From Utricularia gibba (taxonomy: Eukaryota > Plantae > Magnoliophyta), in contig NEEC01000010.1 in assembly GCA_002189035.1 (NCBI GenBank), forward strand, positions 2,480,001 to 2,544,000: a DNA stretch of 64,000 nucleotides, given 5' to 3'. Below, piece by piece: positions 47,437 to 60,002 of this stretch. Positions within the stretch are counted from its first letter, which is position 1. Each line of letters starts with the position of its first letter. Made by a program: the position numbers and the translations under genes. Below the pieces are notes generated by a model. That model did not search any database. It saw nothing but the letters and a program-made list of their open reading frames with translations, and was not told the DNA's origin.

Positions 47437-48500
47437 TTTTCGCATTTGGATACAAATTGGTTAGCGACACGGTTTGTCTTTATGACCCCTCTAGTCTTAA
47501 CCATTAATTCCACTAATTAATTGCTAAACGAAATTTGTAAACAACATTTAATGGGAAATAATTAATGCCAACGTGGAGACAACTAGATCCCTGTTCCTGG
47601 AGTTGACGTAAAAACTGAAATGTGTCTTATTTTTTTAATTATTTAAAAAAAATTAGTATGAATTATTACAAATGATTCGTGACTAGACATTTTGTAATTA
47701 GTAATAAAATCATTATTCATTTTTTATCATGATAATTAGAGATTGTATTTTTTTCATATATTTTAAATATAATATTATTTTAAAAACAAATTCGTAAAAT
47801 TTATAAACAAAAGCTATTTTCAATTTTTTATTTTGGGTTCATTTTTATGTATTTTAAGATTTTTTCTATTTCGTTATAACTAATATCAAATATTAAGTTT
47901 TTTTAATCAGGGTATTAAAATGAGATTAAGATTGTCTAACCACTTACCTAGTCTTGACATGATATTATTCATTTAAGTCATTCAATTCTTATGATTTTTA
48001 CGTTCTTTACTTTAATGTAAAATAAAAATTTTATTTTATAAAACTGCCATTTTACCTTATTGGCTTAAGGTTGTTACAGTATTATTTGGCAACCCTCACT
48101 AATATTAGTTATTAAATGTTAATAATGTGTGAAGAACAATTATTAAACTAAATTCGTGTAGGAGCACGCGATCCGTAACCAACCAATCATTAAATATTTC
48201 TTGTAGTGTGTTCCTAAAACGATAAAATAAAGAAAAAAAAGATTTTTAATTTTTGAATTAAAAACTGTAAACGACGCGGACTTCAAAAAATTATTAGATT
48301 CCTCGCCCACTTTCTTTCCTCTCTCTCTCTTTCTTCTTTAGCTCCCCCACCCACAACGTCTCCTTTTCCGACGCTCCTCTACTCTTCTTTCGGCTTCGTC
48401 GGCAACACCTGTGCTTCATTGATTCTTTGTCTTTAAAACCGGCATCGGATATTTGGTTCTTCGTTGTGATCGAGGCTAAGACCGCGTGATTTTTCAGAAA

Positions 48501-50381
48501 ATGGGTAATATGGGGAGTAGCGGTGTTCAGGGTCGGAGACGCCACTCTACGGGCCGGTCACACCCGGATACACATCCGCCTCAACCGGAGATTGAGATTA
48601 TTTCCAATCGGTATGTTTATGCGAGGGCAACGCGTTATCCTCCGCCGCCCTACCCCAGTCCGGGGCCTAACCCTCCGCCGTATTATCAGTACCCCAGCTA
48701 TTATCCGCCTCCAGCACACTCTCCGCTGCCGACCTTTCCGGCGGCGTACGATCACCACCGTAGGGGATGGATTGCTGGGCGTTATCCTTATGGGCCGATG
48801 ATGCAGCATGGGCCTCCGCCCCCGCCCCCGCCTCCGCCTCCACCTTATGTGATGCATCAGAAGGCAGTAACGATTCGGAATGATGTTAATTTGAAAAAGG
48901 AAACGTTGAGGATCGAGCCTGACGAGGAGTTTCCTGGGAAGTATCTGGTTTCGTTCACGTTTGATGCCACAGTAGCGGGAAGGTACAAGATGGTGTCCTC
49001 GGCCATGTTTTTTCCTTCACCTATGGAAACATTTTATCTTTTTCTTTCTGATCTTGGATTAATCACCATATACTTCCCTTTCCTGGTATATCTTCGTAAT
49101 GTGTATTTGGAAGCTGTTCTTTTTCAGATTAGTTGTTCTTATAGCCGATCTTGTACCATTTTAAGCTTATTCTATGCATCTTGAAAACACATCAAATTGG
49201 TAAATTTCTCTGCTATAGGCGTACTCAGTGTTGCCTTAAGGGTTCGTTTCACGTAGCGGATGTTGTTGTAAATGTTCATATTGCATGTCTTCAGTTTAGC
49301 AGTATTCTTGTCATGATCCCTTAAGTTTTATGCGCTTGAATAAATTGCTGTTTTCACAGTTGGATACCTTATGAGTCTGCATGATGTTTCTTTGAATTGC
49401 AGCATCCAATTTCTAATTAACTGAAGGTACCCGTAAAGCTTAAGGTCTTTGCAGTAAAGAACAATTCTATGTCTATGAACTTGTTGTTTTGAGAGTTTGA
49501 TACTTTCTGGATCATCAGACGTTATTGGTTTAGTACTTCTTGCCATGTGCAGTATGAACTGGCTACTTTTATAGCTTGTGGAATAATTTCTTTGTGTTTT
49601 TCAGTTTTGTTATCATTTCCAGTGTAGTTCAGATCATGCTTGTGAATTAGCCAAGCAATCTTATATGAGACATCCATGTTGTGCAGCATCACTGTAATGT
49701 TCTTCGCAAAGGAGGGTAAAGACTGCCACTTAATCCCTATGTCAGAAAGCGCACACCCACCAATCACCGTGCATTTCAATGAAGGTTTAGGTCAGAGGTT
49801 CAGACAACCACCCAGAACAGGAATCGATCTTTCGAAGTATGAAGAGTCAGAGTTATCAAAATACCAGGACATGGATATGTACCCTCTTGCAATCAAGGCA
49901 GAGGCTTGTCCAGATAACGAAAGTGGGAAGTCAGACACCCCCAGTTCGACAAACTCCCAGATAACTCAGGCAGTATTTGAGAAGGAGAAAGGGGAATATC
50001 ATGTCCGGGTAGTAAAGCAAATATTGTGGGTGAATGGCATGAGGTATGAACTACAAGAGATATACGGCATTGGAAACTTAGTTGAAGGTGAAGAATACGA
50101 AGAAAATGATCCTGGCAAAGAGTGTGTGATCTGCCTCTCGGAGCCTCGGGACACAACAGTCCTCCCCTGTCGACACATGGTATGACTGATCACCTTATCA
50201 CAAGACTTTTGCTTTCCTGATTTCAGCTCATGAGGGAAGTTTCGCTTGTTTCTTTGTTGAACAGTGTCTGTGCAGTGAGTGTGCCAAAGTGTTGAGATTC
50301 CAAACAGACAGGTGCCCCATTTGCAGGCAGCCCGTTGAGCGCCTTTTGGAGATCAGAGTCAACAGTGGGAACGATGAGTGA
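48501..50381 (+). CDS. LOG2: RING E3 ubiquitin ligase LOG2/LUL family; exons 48501-48982, 49687-50179, 50265-50381
   Basis: MGNMGSS myristoylation-type start, Pro-rich tract, [57 protein letters not shown]|[21 protein letters not shown]. Confidence 0.95.
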
Positions 50382-51165
50382 AGGTAACCTTCAAGATTCC
50401 TCCTTCTGGATTAAATAATGGAAACTAGAGGCGTCTGTAGGTGTGGATATCTGCGTGTGACCTACCATGTTTTGCCTTCTTCATATTACAAAGATGTGAT
50501 AGGATGGATCCTGATTGCCAATGTATACAGTTGCAAATATCTGAATAACAGAGTTCCTTTTCCCAAATGCTGTCATTTGAGGGGAACCACGAACCTGGCT
50601 TCCACTGTTGCTAAACCCTCATGTGTGCCAGGGTTTTGCTACCCTATTAGAGAGGCTGTTGTCAAGCTAACGCTATTTTTCAAAACGCATTCTGATTGAT
50701 TGAATACTGAGGAGCTTTCTCACAGTAAACAAGCTACTGACTGTTCAGCGGTAGCCCGACCGGAGTTGAAGCATGATTCCGCGGCGGAGATGATGCGCCA
50801 GTGGGTCCCACTTCAACCCGGCTAAAAAGGCGTGTGTCGGCACCGTGCAGTCCGTAAATACGGCCCGGGTCAGGCGGTCCAGCTCTAAATATGGGTCCGG
50901 AGCGAATCGGCACGGGCCAATCCTGGGCCTAGTAGAACGTTGAGATTTTCGGAATATTTAAATGTGAAAATAATTTTTTTTTGGTTATTTTTTATGGAAT
51001 TTTGCCATTAAAAAATTGCATTTTAATTTCTGCTTTTATGAAGGAAGAAGGCAAGAATCACAATAAAATGCAATATTCTTTGATTCTTTTTGTTGATAAT
51101 GAAATATATTCCTTTCTGACAATTAAAATCTCCCCCATTCCCCAAAATGGGAAAGTCTCCGAGCC

Positions 51166-52881
51166 ATGGGAAATCGCCACGTGCGTAGTTCGAGCTTGAA
51201 CAACGGCAATCGGGAAGCATTTAGGCCTCCGCACAACTCTGATCGTACCCAGGGTTCCACGATGGAACTGCGCCTCCCTTACTCGGACGTCGATACCAAG
51301 TTGAGGAGTTTGGCCGGTCGGGCGGAGGGCTTCGGCCGATTTGCCATCGGCGGTCTTGACGGCGCTCTTTACCGTGTCACCACTCTCGCGGGTAAATGAG
51401 ATTCATGGATTTTGTGGTTAGGTAATTATGTACTGGTGAAGGGGAATGCACTTTGGTGTAGCGCGATGCGTTGAGCGATGTTTTGGTTGTTAGATGCTAG
51501 AAGTTTTGAGTGTTACATTGTAATTTGGGTTAAATAGATCGAGGACGATGATGTCTAAATATGGCATACAGGGTGGCATATGAGATTGTAGATTTGGGAT
51601 TGCAGTTGCTTGTTTCCCAGTTATGTTTTCTTTTCCACGAAGGTGGGTTCTTCGTCCGATAGCAGAATGCCCTTTTTACCCATTGAACAAATACTTTCGT
51701 TTTGAAAGTATATCTACATCCTACCCTGGTCGCCAGTTTTTTGGTTATTTGTTAGTTGCTTATTGCTGTGCTTGTGTTTTCAGATGATGGGCCAGGTTCT
51801 CTGCGGGATGGATGTCGTAGAAAAGATCCTTTGTGGATCATATTTGAAGTTTCAGGGACCATTGAACTTTCATCTTATGTGAATGTCACCTCTTATAAAA
51901 CCATAGATGGACGTGGCCAAAGGGTTAAGCTGGTTGGAAAGGGTTTGAGGTTGAAGGAGTGTGAACATGTGATTATCTGCAATCTGATTTTTGAAGGGGG
52001 AGAGGGCATGATATTGATGGGATTCAGATAAAACCAAAGGCACAGCACATCTGGATAGATCGTTGCAGCCTAAGTGATTATGACGATGGTCTCATTGATA
52101 TTACCAGAGAAAGCACGGATATTACGATTTCACGGTGAGCAGTGAATAGAATTTGTATTTTGAACGTTATCTCCTTATTCGTTGCACTCTTTGTTCTGCA
52201 TTAGGTGCCACTTCAAGAATCATGACAAGACGATGCTCATTGGTGCTGATGCTTCCCACACCTTCGACAGATGCATTCGAGTTACGATCCACCATTGTTT
52301 CTTTGATGGTACTCGACAGCGCCATCCACGTGTTAGATTTGGAAAAGTGCATTTATATAATAATTACACCAGAAACTGGGGAATCTATGCCGTCTGTGCT
52401 AGTGTTGAGGCACAGGTCGTTTTTCCTCTTTTAAATTTTGTTATTGGCATTTTCATATACAATTTCATAGCTAACATAGCTGTAGCCACAAATACAGATA
52501 TTTTCCCAGTGCAACATATACGAAGCTGGCCAGAAAGCTGTGGCTTTCAAGTACTACACTGAAAAGGTGTAAACGCAGTATGAATGCAGAATACTTCCTT
52601 CTTGGTATAGTATTATTCACCCTTTTCTAAATTTGCATACTCAACAGGCAGCTGATAAGGCTCAGGAAGCTTCAGGCTTCATTAGGTCAGAAGGTGACAT
52701 GTTTGTCGATAGAACTAAGCATGGCTTATTGGGGCAATCATCTGAGACCTGTGTCTTCCATCCATCTGAGTACTATGAGACCTGGACTGTTGAACCACCA
52801 TCTGAAAACTTGAAGCATTTTCTGCACCACTGCGTAGGATGGCAAAACATACCTTGCCCTGCTGATATACCAACTTGTTGA
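51166..52881 (+). CDS. Pectate lyase-like protein without a signal peptide (At3g09540/At3g55140-like); 5 exons (51166-51391, 51784-52134, 52205-52415, 52498-52566, 52648-52881), apparent frameshift at 51996-52000
   Basis: AEGFGRFAIGG, DDGPGSLR, PLWIIFEVSGTI, KTIDGRGQ, WIDRCSL.DYDDGLIDI, HDKTMLIG, TIHHCFF.GTRQRHPRVRFGKVHLYNN. Confidence 0.93.
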
Positions 52882-53795
52882 CCTAATTATTTTGTGTTAG
52901 ATACGTACTCATCTCGAACTTGGTATCTCCCTTTAACTTGCATGATGATATCTAGATTATGACTGATACTTCTGGTGTATGACTCTTTCTGTATGTATGT
53001 TTACACTAGATACTTGGAATGCTACGTACATACATAAAATGGGATTTGAAATCCTTTGAAGCATGAGATGTGCGGTGTGCTTCAATAGCAAGAGGAGAAT
53101 GAGTTTGTTTTTTGAGTATAGATTTTAAAGGTTATGGTACAGATCTTCCGCATGTGAGCTATATGGGTATCAGATGGTGGATCCAAAAACATGGCCACTG
53201 GGTCATTGATGATGCCTTCTTTCTTGTTCTCTTTTCCCCATTTTGAGTAATAAAGATGGCATTATATATGCCAATGCCCATTTCGGTATATGCCACGAGT
53301 TCATGCATTTTGGAACACAACTCAGTTTCCTGTATGTGCCCCTGGGAATTTACATATAACTTTGTGTGCGTAAAAGTTGGCAACGAGCTAAAGCAGCTGA
53401 GAAGCATCTGATTCACTGACATTGATTTTTGCAAAGAAAGTTGCTTTTCTCTTTTGGTTACATTGAAAATAGGATTCCCTTCTCCAGCTGTATGATATTC
53501 CTCTACTTTTATCTCTCTTGGGAGTTTTGATTTGGTCAGGTTTGTTATGATTTGGTACTCCCCAGAGTTTTGTTCAATAATAGAGCTGAGACATTGTCCT
53601 CTACTTTTATTTCTAACCCTGCATATCCAGCTTTTCTTGTCTCAGTCCCATTCAACTATGGCTGTTGCCTCTTGATTATCCACACATTGGCTTGCATTTT
53701 TTTTGACAAAGTAACAATATTCTATCAACACCTTTTTATGAAACAAGTTTGGATCCTTATATTCTCCATCATCAATCACATGGTGCTGCAATAGG

Positions 53796-54592
53796 ATGGA
53801 TGAAATCTCCTCATCTCCTCCTCCGTTCTCCCCCTCAACTCCTCCCATCACTACCGGAGGTCCGGCAATCGACCGTCACAATCCCATAATCAGAGATCCC
53901 AAAAGGATATCAAAGTTACTCGCTAAGCCACCGGCTGGCAGCAGGAAAACCAGGAAGAACGATGAAACTGGAGATGGTTTCACTACAGCTAATGACAGGA
54001 GCTACGAGGAAAGGACCCGGAGCCGCTCTGATGACTTCATCAGCCCCCCTGGTTCTCCAGATGTTTTCTCAACCCCTCTTGCAGATATTCATCTTGCAGG
54101 AGAAGATCACGAGGATGCAACGATACACCAACAGCCTCCTTCCAGTCCTCCGCCCCCTGAGATGCAGGTTCGGTTTCTTCGTTCTTTTGATCAATGAACC
54201 TAATTGTACAACAGAGAAACAAGCAAGAAGCATTCCTTGTGTTCTCTCTACAGGTAGTCGTTATGAGAGTCTCACTGCACTGCAGAGGATGCGAAAGAAA
54301 GATGAGGAAGCATATCTCCAAGATGGAAGGTCTGGTTCTTCTGATGCATAATCTGTACTGTACATGATCTGTTGTAGTAAACTAACAACCGCAAGCGTGA
54401 TGTGATGCAGGAGTGTCGTCCTTCGACATAGATTTCGCAGCCAAGAGCGTGATCATCACAGGGCACGTCACCCCGTTAAGTGTCGTCGCAAGCATATCAA
54501 AGATGAAGAAGGCTCATCTTTCCATTGAACAGGTCTGCTCCTCCACACAAGGAGCTCAGTCGCAGGGAGACCGAATTGCTGCTAAACGCTGA
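53796..54592 (+). CDS. SODIUM POTASSIUM ROOT DEFECTIVE-like heavy-metal-associated (HMA) protein; exons 53796-54167, 54254-54329, 54411-54592
   Basis: AIDRHNPIIRD and ISPPGS (NaKR-family motifs); VVVMRVSLHCRGCERKMRKHISKME|GVSSFDID HMA domain with CxxC. True start is uncertain. Confidence 0.85.
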
Positions 54593-55209
54593 AGACGATG
54601 ACGCATTTTTCCTTTCCTAGGCCCAAGTCATACCATCCTATGAGCCGGCCCATGTACATTGAAACTGGGCCGGATTCCAAGCATGCTCATCGACCCGAAC
54701 GCGAGGCCCGAAATGCTCCTTTTAAATTTATTATTCTCTAGTGGATATACAATTAAAAAATTAATAACAAGGTAACAAAATAATAATGAAGAAAGGGACA
54801 CGCAGCGATCACGAAAAGACTTTCCAACTAATAGCGCATTCTTAGCGGGAAAATACACCCAATAATTGTATAGACAAGAAAATTATGATTCGACAATGAC
54901 TATTAAAAAAATAATTATTAGCAACAAAAAAATTTATTTTATTTTTGAATATCCATGCCAAAGCGTGAATAGGTACCCTTTACAAACGTTTCCGAGTTTA
55001 GAACCTTCGTGAGTTTGCGTGTGGACTGTGGTGTCGTTTAGGGTAAAACATGAGCAGCAAGTTTCAGTATAAACAAATTTGTGTATTGAGCGAAGCTTTT
55101 GAAAGCAGCTCCTGAAACCCCAAATAATCTGACCTCTCGCAGGGGCGACCCCCCTGCCGACACACATGCATACCCAGGAGGTGATCGGCATCCGCCTGAG
55201 TCCGCCGCT

Positions 55210-55437
55210 CTAAGCCGGGAACCCGAATCCCCGGCGATCATACGAGCTGCCGTTGCTGCGGCTCTCCATGCCGGAAACCCAGGAGAAGCGGAGGTCGTCG
55301 GAGTCGATCCCGTCGGTGTGGGGATGGCGGAGGAGGAGGGAGCATAGGAGGATCAGAAAAGCAGCTCCGCCGGCCAGGGCCAGCAGAAGAAGCCGGGTGC
55401 AGATGGCTCCGCCGTGGTATACCAACGGAATTGCCAT
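55210..55437 (-). CDS. Unassigned 75-aa ORF with one predicted hydrophobic helix (orphan small protein or gene fragment)
   Basis: ATG start, LLLLALAGGAAFLILLCSLLL segment, GC-rich island in AT-rich surroundings. No family recognised. Confidence 0.4.
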   Translation of the reverse strand: MAIPLVYHGGAICTRLLLLALAGGAAFLILLCSLLLRHPHTDGIDSDDLRFSWVSGMESRSNGSSYDRRGFGFPA

Positions 55438-56472
55438 CTGATCAAGTAGTTGACCCCCGAGCTGGATATAACTACAAATGAATATAATATAATATAATAT
55501 AAGATGTCGTTGGGGAGATGGGGAATCAGGGAAGACAACATGATCGATGTTACCTTTTAATTAAGAAAAGATTACATGGCTGAGTTTTGTGTAATAGAAA
55601 TAATAAATTCTCTTGATTTCAAATTTAGGATGTTTTTTTAATGCAAAATAATAATAATAATAATGATGGAAATAATCAATTTTCTTTTACATATTTTTGT
55701 CAACCACGGAATAGTTAGGTGGTACGGCAACTTGAATGGGTGTTTCTTTGGATTGTAAAATTACGAAAAGCTCCTTAGATTCATATCCTAATATGATTGC
55801 TTTTTGTGGAATTATTAAATCAAATTCAATAATTTTCAATTTTATTATGAAAAATAAGAAATGAATTTATTTTTCGATTTAGAAATTAAAGTCTTCGTTG
55901 CGGATTGTGGGAGTGTCTATTTACCAACTTGTAGGGTGCTACTACTAGATGATGTTTTGACAAAAGGGTAGTGTAGGGGACGACTCCGACTGCCCGCCCG
56001 GGCAGACGACTTTGCCTAATCAATTCTGTTCTTCCTGCCCTAATTTTCCATTTAGTGAATACCTCGCTTTTCAACTTTTAGATTTAGGTAGGATTTTGGA
56101 TTAATTATCCTTCAAATTAATTTAGAAAATAATATCCAATCTCGAATTTTAAAATAATATCCTTGACTTTATTATTTTATTTTATTTTATTTTTATTTTA
56201 TTTTAAAATAATATCCTTGTTGTAAATCCGAATATATTATTTCTTTTTATTTTATTTTTGTTTTCTGTTAGAGAAAACCGGTTCTATGAACATCCTGTGA
56301 CGTTGAATGGAATTGGAATTGGAACCGCGGTTTAAAACAAAACACGTTCGGTTTCAAATTGCAAAAACCTTCACCCCAAAAAGCAACAAGCGTCGCTAGG
56401 GTAGCCGTTGTCCGCCGCTGAACCGATGTTGGGGGCGGTGCCGCCGGCTTGGGGCATCCCGTCGGTGAACTA

Positions 56473-59146
56473 ATGTCGGAGGAGCATCGGGAAATGGATT
56501 CTGCGCCCGAAACCTCGGCTGAAAGGGATGATGATCCTCAGAGGCTGCGGGCTAGGTGGCCGGGTTGGCCGGGAATCACCGTGTTTAGGGTGGTGGTGCC
56601 GGTGCTGAAAGTTGGAGGTATTATTGGACGGAAGGGGGATCTTATCAAGAAGCTGGTCGAGGAAACGAGGGCTAGGGTTCGGGTCCTTGATGGTCCTGCG
56701 ACTTCGCCAGATCGCATTGTAATTTTCCAATTTTCGGTTTTTTTGCTCGACGTTGTTGGGATCGTCTGGTTTTGCTCTGTGCTGACGTTGTTTCTGAGAT
56801 TCTGTGTTTCGACCTTTGCAAATGGTTGCGTTTTGGATTTAAGATTAGATGCAGGTGAATGCCAACCGTGGCTTGTTTTTTTTTTTTTTTCAGTGGCTTT
56901 TTATGTGTCGTGTCCAAGGTCAAAGGGGATCATCTTGTGGTTTCTAACCCTAAGCATTAGAATCTCCACGCCTTAACATTCCAAAGATTGGGAAGTCCAA
57001 GAGGACTAATCCGATGGGTATAAAAGAAAATGGATATCAGTTTGGTCATTGAAAAAGTATCCCTTGTAGGTTGCTTGATTTGCGATCTTTTCCATCTTGA
57101 GGGAAAAATGATTTTTTGCCACGATGGGGTGTATCTTGTCGATGAGAACCTCGGCCGACACTCGATCTTATCTAGTGGGTGTCATCAGATTAGTGATTGC
57201 ATGCTTTTTACTTCCAATGTTTGGATAGTTCTAGCTGTAACAGATGTGCCATTCAATTAATTATGAGAAGAGACGTGAGGGGCTTAAGCATACTATAGGA
57301 GAATAGGAATCCCTTTTCTTGATTTGTTCAAAGCATTTCTTAAAGGCCTTTAATTAGATTAGTGAGTTGGCTTCACCTATTCGGTATTTTCTATGGGAAT
57401 ATTTATATTTTTTGAGAAATCTATTGCAAAATCCTGTGTTTACTTTCCTATTAAATGTTTTCCACACTAAAATCTACCTCCATTCTGCATGTTGATAGTA
57501 TGCGATGCTCCTTGATTTTTTTTTTTTTTTTCTTGGAATTTGATGTTTTTGTTTCTACTAAGCTTTTTGCGATTTTCCATGTCAGGTGTTGATATCTGCG
57601 AAGGAAGAACCTGATGTTGAGTTAGCTCCTGCCATGGAAGCCACATTTAGAATTTTTAAATGTATCAATGGTTTACCTGAGGACGTAGATATTAAAGCAG
57701 GTGATGCTGCTGCCGTTTCGTTTTGTTTGATCCGGTTGTTGGTGCCATCAACACAAGCAATAAGTTTAATAGGAAAGCAGGGAGCTGTAATCAAGGTTAT
57801 TCAGGAAAGCTCTGGGGCTTCTGTCCGTGTCCTCTCTAATGGTATCCATAATGTGCAATTCATTAAATTTAAATTGTTTCTCTGTTTGTCGATGTTCATA
57901 AGGAATCTTACCTGCTAGGGTTATTATAATTTGCAATGTTGCTCGTATGAGTTCCACATTCTTAAATATGTTATCACATTCTTAAATATTTTATTGCCTG
58001 CTAATGTGCATATACAATGAATAAAATGATCATTGATGATGTTGACTGCAGAGGAATTGCCCGTCTATGCTGACCCTGATGAAAGAATTGTGGAACTACA
58101 AGGGGAGGCTGTAAAGGTGATTCCAGCACTGGAAGCAGTGCTTGGGCACTTGAGAAAGTTCTTGATGGATCATAGTGTTCTGCCCTTGTTTGAGAAGACC
58201 GTAAGTTTATATGAAACTTTATGTTTAATAGTCTATGAGGAGCTCCTGATCTTCCAATGCTCTTTATCCTTCACAGTATACTACACCAGTGCCTCAAGAG
58301 AGGCCAGCCGATGCATGGTCTGAACAAACATTGCTGCATGCCATTCCACAAACCTCATTGGGGCCCGATTTTCCTGTTTCCCTCCAGAGAGATCCACTTT
58401 ATTTTGGACGTGAATTCCAGTTAGAATCTCACATACAACCTTCACGACTCTCATTATACAGCGACCATGGACTTGGAAGTCATACTTCGACCTTGGAAAT
58501 TGGAAGTCGCTCTTCAGCCTTGGCACGTTTTGGGGGCCTGTAGTAACGCAGGTTTGTGCGCCTGATAATATATTCAGGTGAAAAACCTGTTGTTTCATTA
58601 TTCTAGAACTCAAGTTTTGCATCTAAACTGTGGGATTCTGGTATGTTGCATGCACAGATTGCACAGACTTTGCAAATTCCTCTTGCTTATGCTGAGGATA
58701 TCATCGGAGTTCAGGGCTCAAATATTGACTACATCAGACGCGCAAGTGGTGCTATTCTCACGGTGCAGGAGAGCGTTGGGCTGCCAGATGAAATAACTGT
58801 AGAAATAAAAGGCACCTCATCACAAGTCCAAATCGCTCAACAACTTATCCAGGTGAGCTTTCTGAATAATGTCTTTCAATAGTTCTATCAGGGCCTTGTG
58901 TAGGTTCCATTACTAGGAGAAAGAAATGAATGATGATGACCAAGACTGGACTTTTTTGTCCAGGAGTTCATTAGTGGGCGCCAAGAACCGCTCCCAGGCA
59001 GCTACTCCAAGCTGGAGTCTGGACTTCGGACTTCCAATCCGCAGCTCCTTGGCAGCACCGCATACTTGCCGTCCTTGCTGTCGACGCATCGTTACAATGG
59101 GTATAGCTCACCAGGTGCAGGGGGACATAACAGCTTCAGGTCCTGA
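56473..59146 (+). CDS. PEP: Triple-KH RNA-binding protein, PEPPER/FLK family (PEP-like); 6 exons (56473-56718, 57586-57841, 58052-58200, 58277-58551, 58658-58852, 58964-59146), apparent frameshift at 58532-58536
   Basis: WPGWPG..VFR..VP..KVGGIIGRKGDLIKK..EETRAR, PDRI|VLISAKEEP, SLIGKQGAVIK, IPLAYAEDIIGVQGSNIDYIRRASGA (three GxxG KH loops). Confidence 0.92.
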
Positions 59147-59286
59147 TCTTCAGTTTCAGGGCGATTCTGTGTAGAGCTGAGAATCGAGTGCCCACATGGA
59201 ACTGGAAGATGATTTGTTGTAAATGCTTCTTTTTTGTGTTCATAAGTTAGTTTCTTTTAAGTATCAGACTTGACAGATAACATAAA

Positions 59287-59304
59287 CACACACACACACA
59301 CACA
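59287..59304. repeat. (CA)n microsatellite in the KH gene 3' region
   Basis: Directly visible AC dinucleotide run. Confidence 0.85.
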
Positions 59305-60002
59305 TCAGTTCTAGCTGTTGATTGTCTCAACAGAATGATATGGAATGAAGTGAAGCGAATATTAAAGATTTATTAATACTGATACGATTCAGGGTTTTTT
59401 GCAACAGGCTCTCAGATGCCTTCTGACAGGCAATGGAGACACAAGTACTAAAGATGAAGATTCCTACAGTCTCACACTAGGAACAGCATCTCCATCTGGA
59501 CACAAAAAACAAGTTACAGAGAACTGAAATGGACGCAACTACTCGGTATGGTGCTGTATTGGTGCAAAAAATGAGGGAGTACCCAACATAAACAAGTAAA
59601 AAATGGAGGCATGAGTAACATTCCTGATTCCAAATGCTGTAGTATAGGTGTGCATGGAGTCATCTGAGAATTCAATACTTCTGCATCACTCTTGACCCAA
59701 ATGAAGGATCTATTTTCCCCGAGTCCTGCATGAGTTTCAAATGCAGTAATCGACAAATTGTATGGGAGTTCTGAAAAAAGAAACTAGGACATATGAAATG
59801 ATAACTACCTACCTCTCTCTGTCCTTCTCTTTGCCCATAACATTCTTGGTCCAATCATTTCTCATCTTGCATCGGGTTTGGACAGACTTAATAGGCTCAA
59901 GTCAAATCCAACACCAGACTCTATACAACTCAATTCTGTAAATGCTTCCCACTGACTAAAAAGAAGGATTAAGCAATCTTCAAATATACTTCAGGGAAAT
60001 TC

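Noticed and set aside
46143-50381. LOG adjacent to LOG2 as a functional cluster
   Set aside because: Name coincidence only: LONELY GUY and LOSS OF GDU2 are unrelated families.
50801-50826. Helitron 3' end (hairpin followed by CTAA)
   Set aside because: CTRR is not followed by the expected target T, and no 5' TC terminus or captured fragments were identifiable.
57842-58051. GTATCCAT donor in the KH gene as a U12 intron
   Set aside because: It lacks the TT at +7/+8 and has no TCCTTRAC branch near the acceptor.
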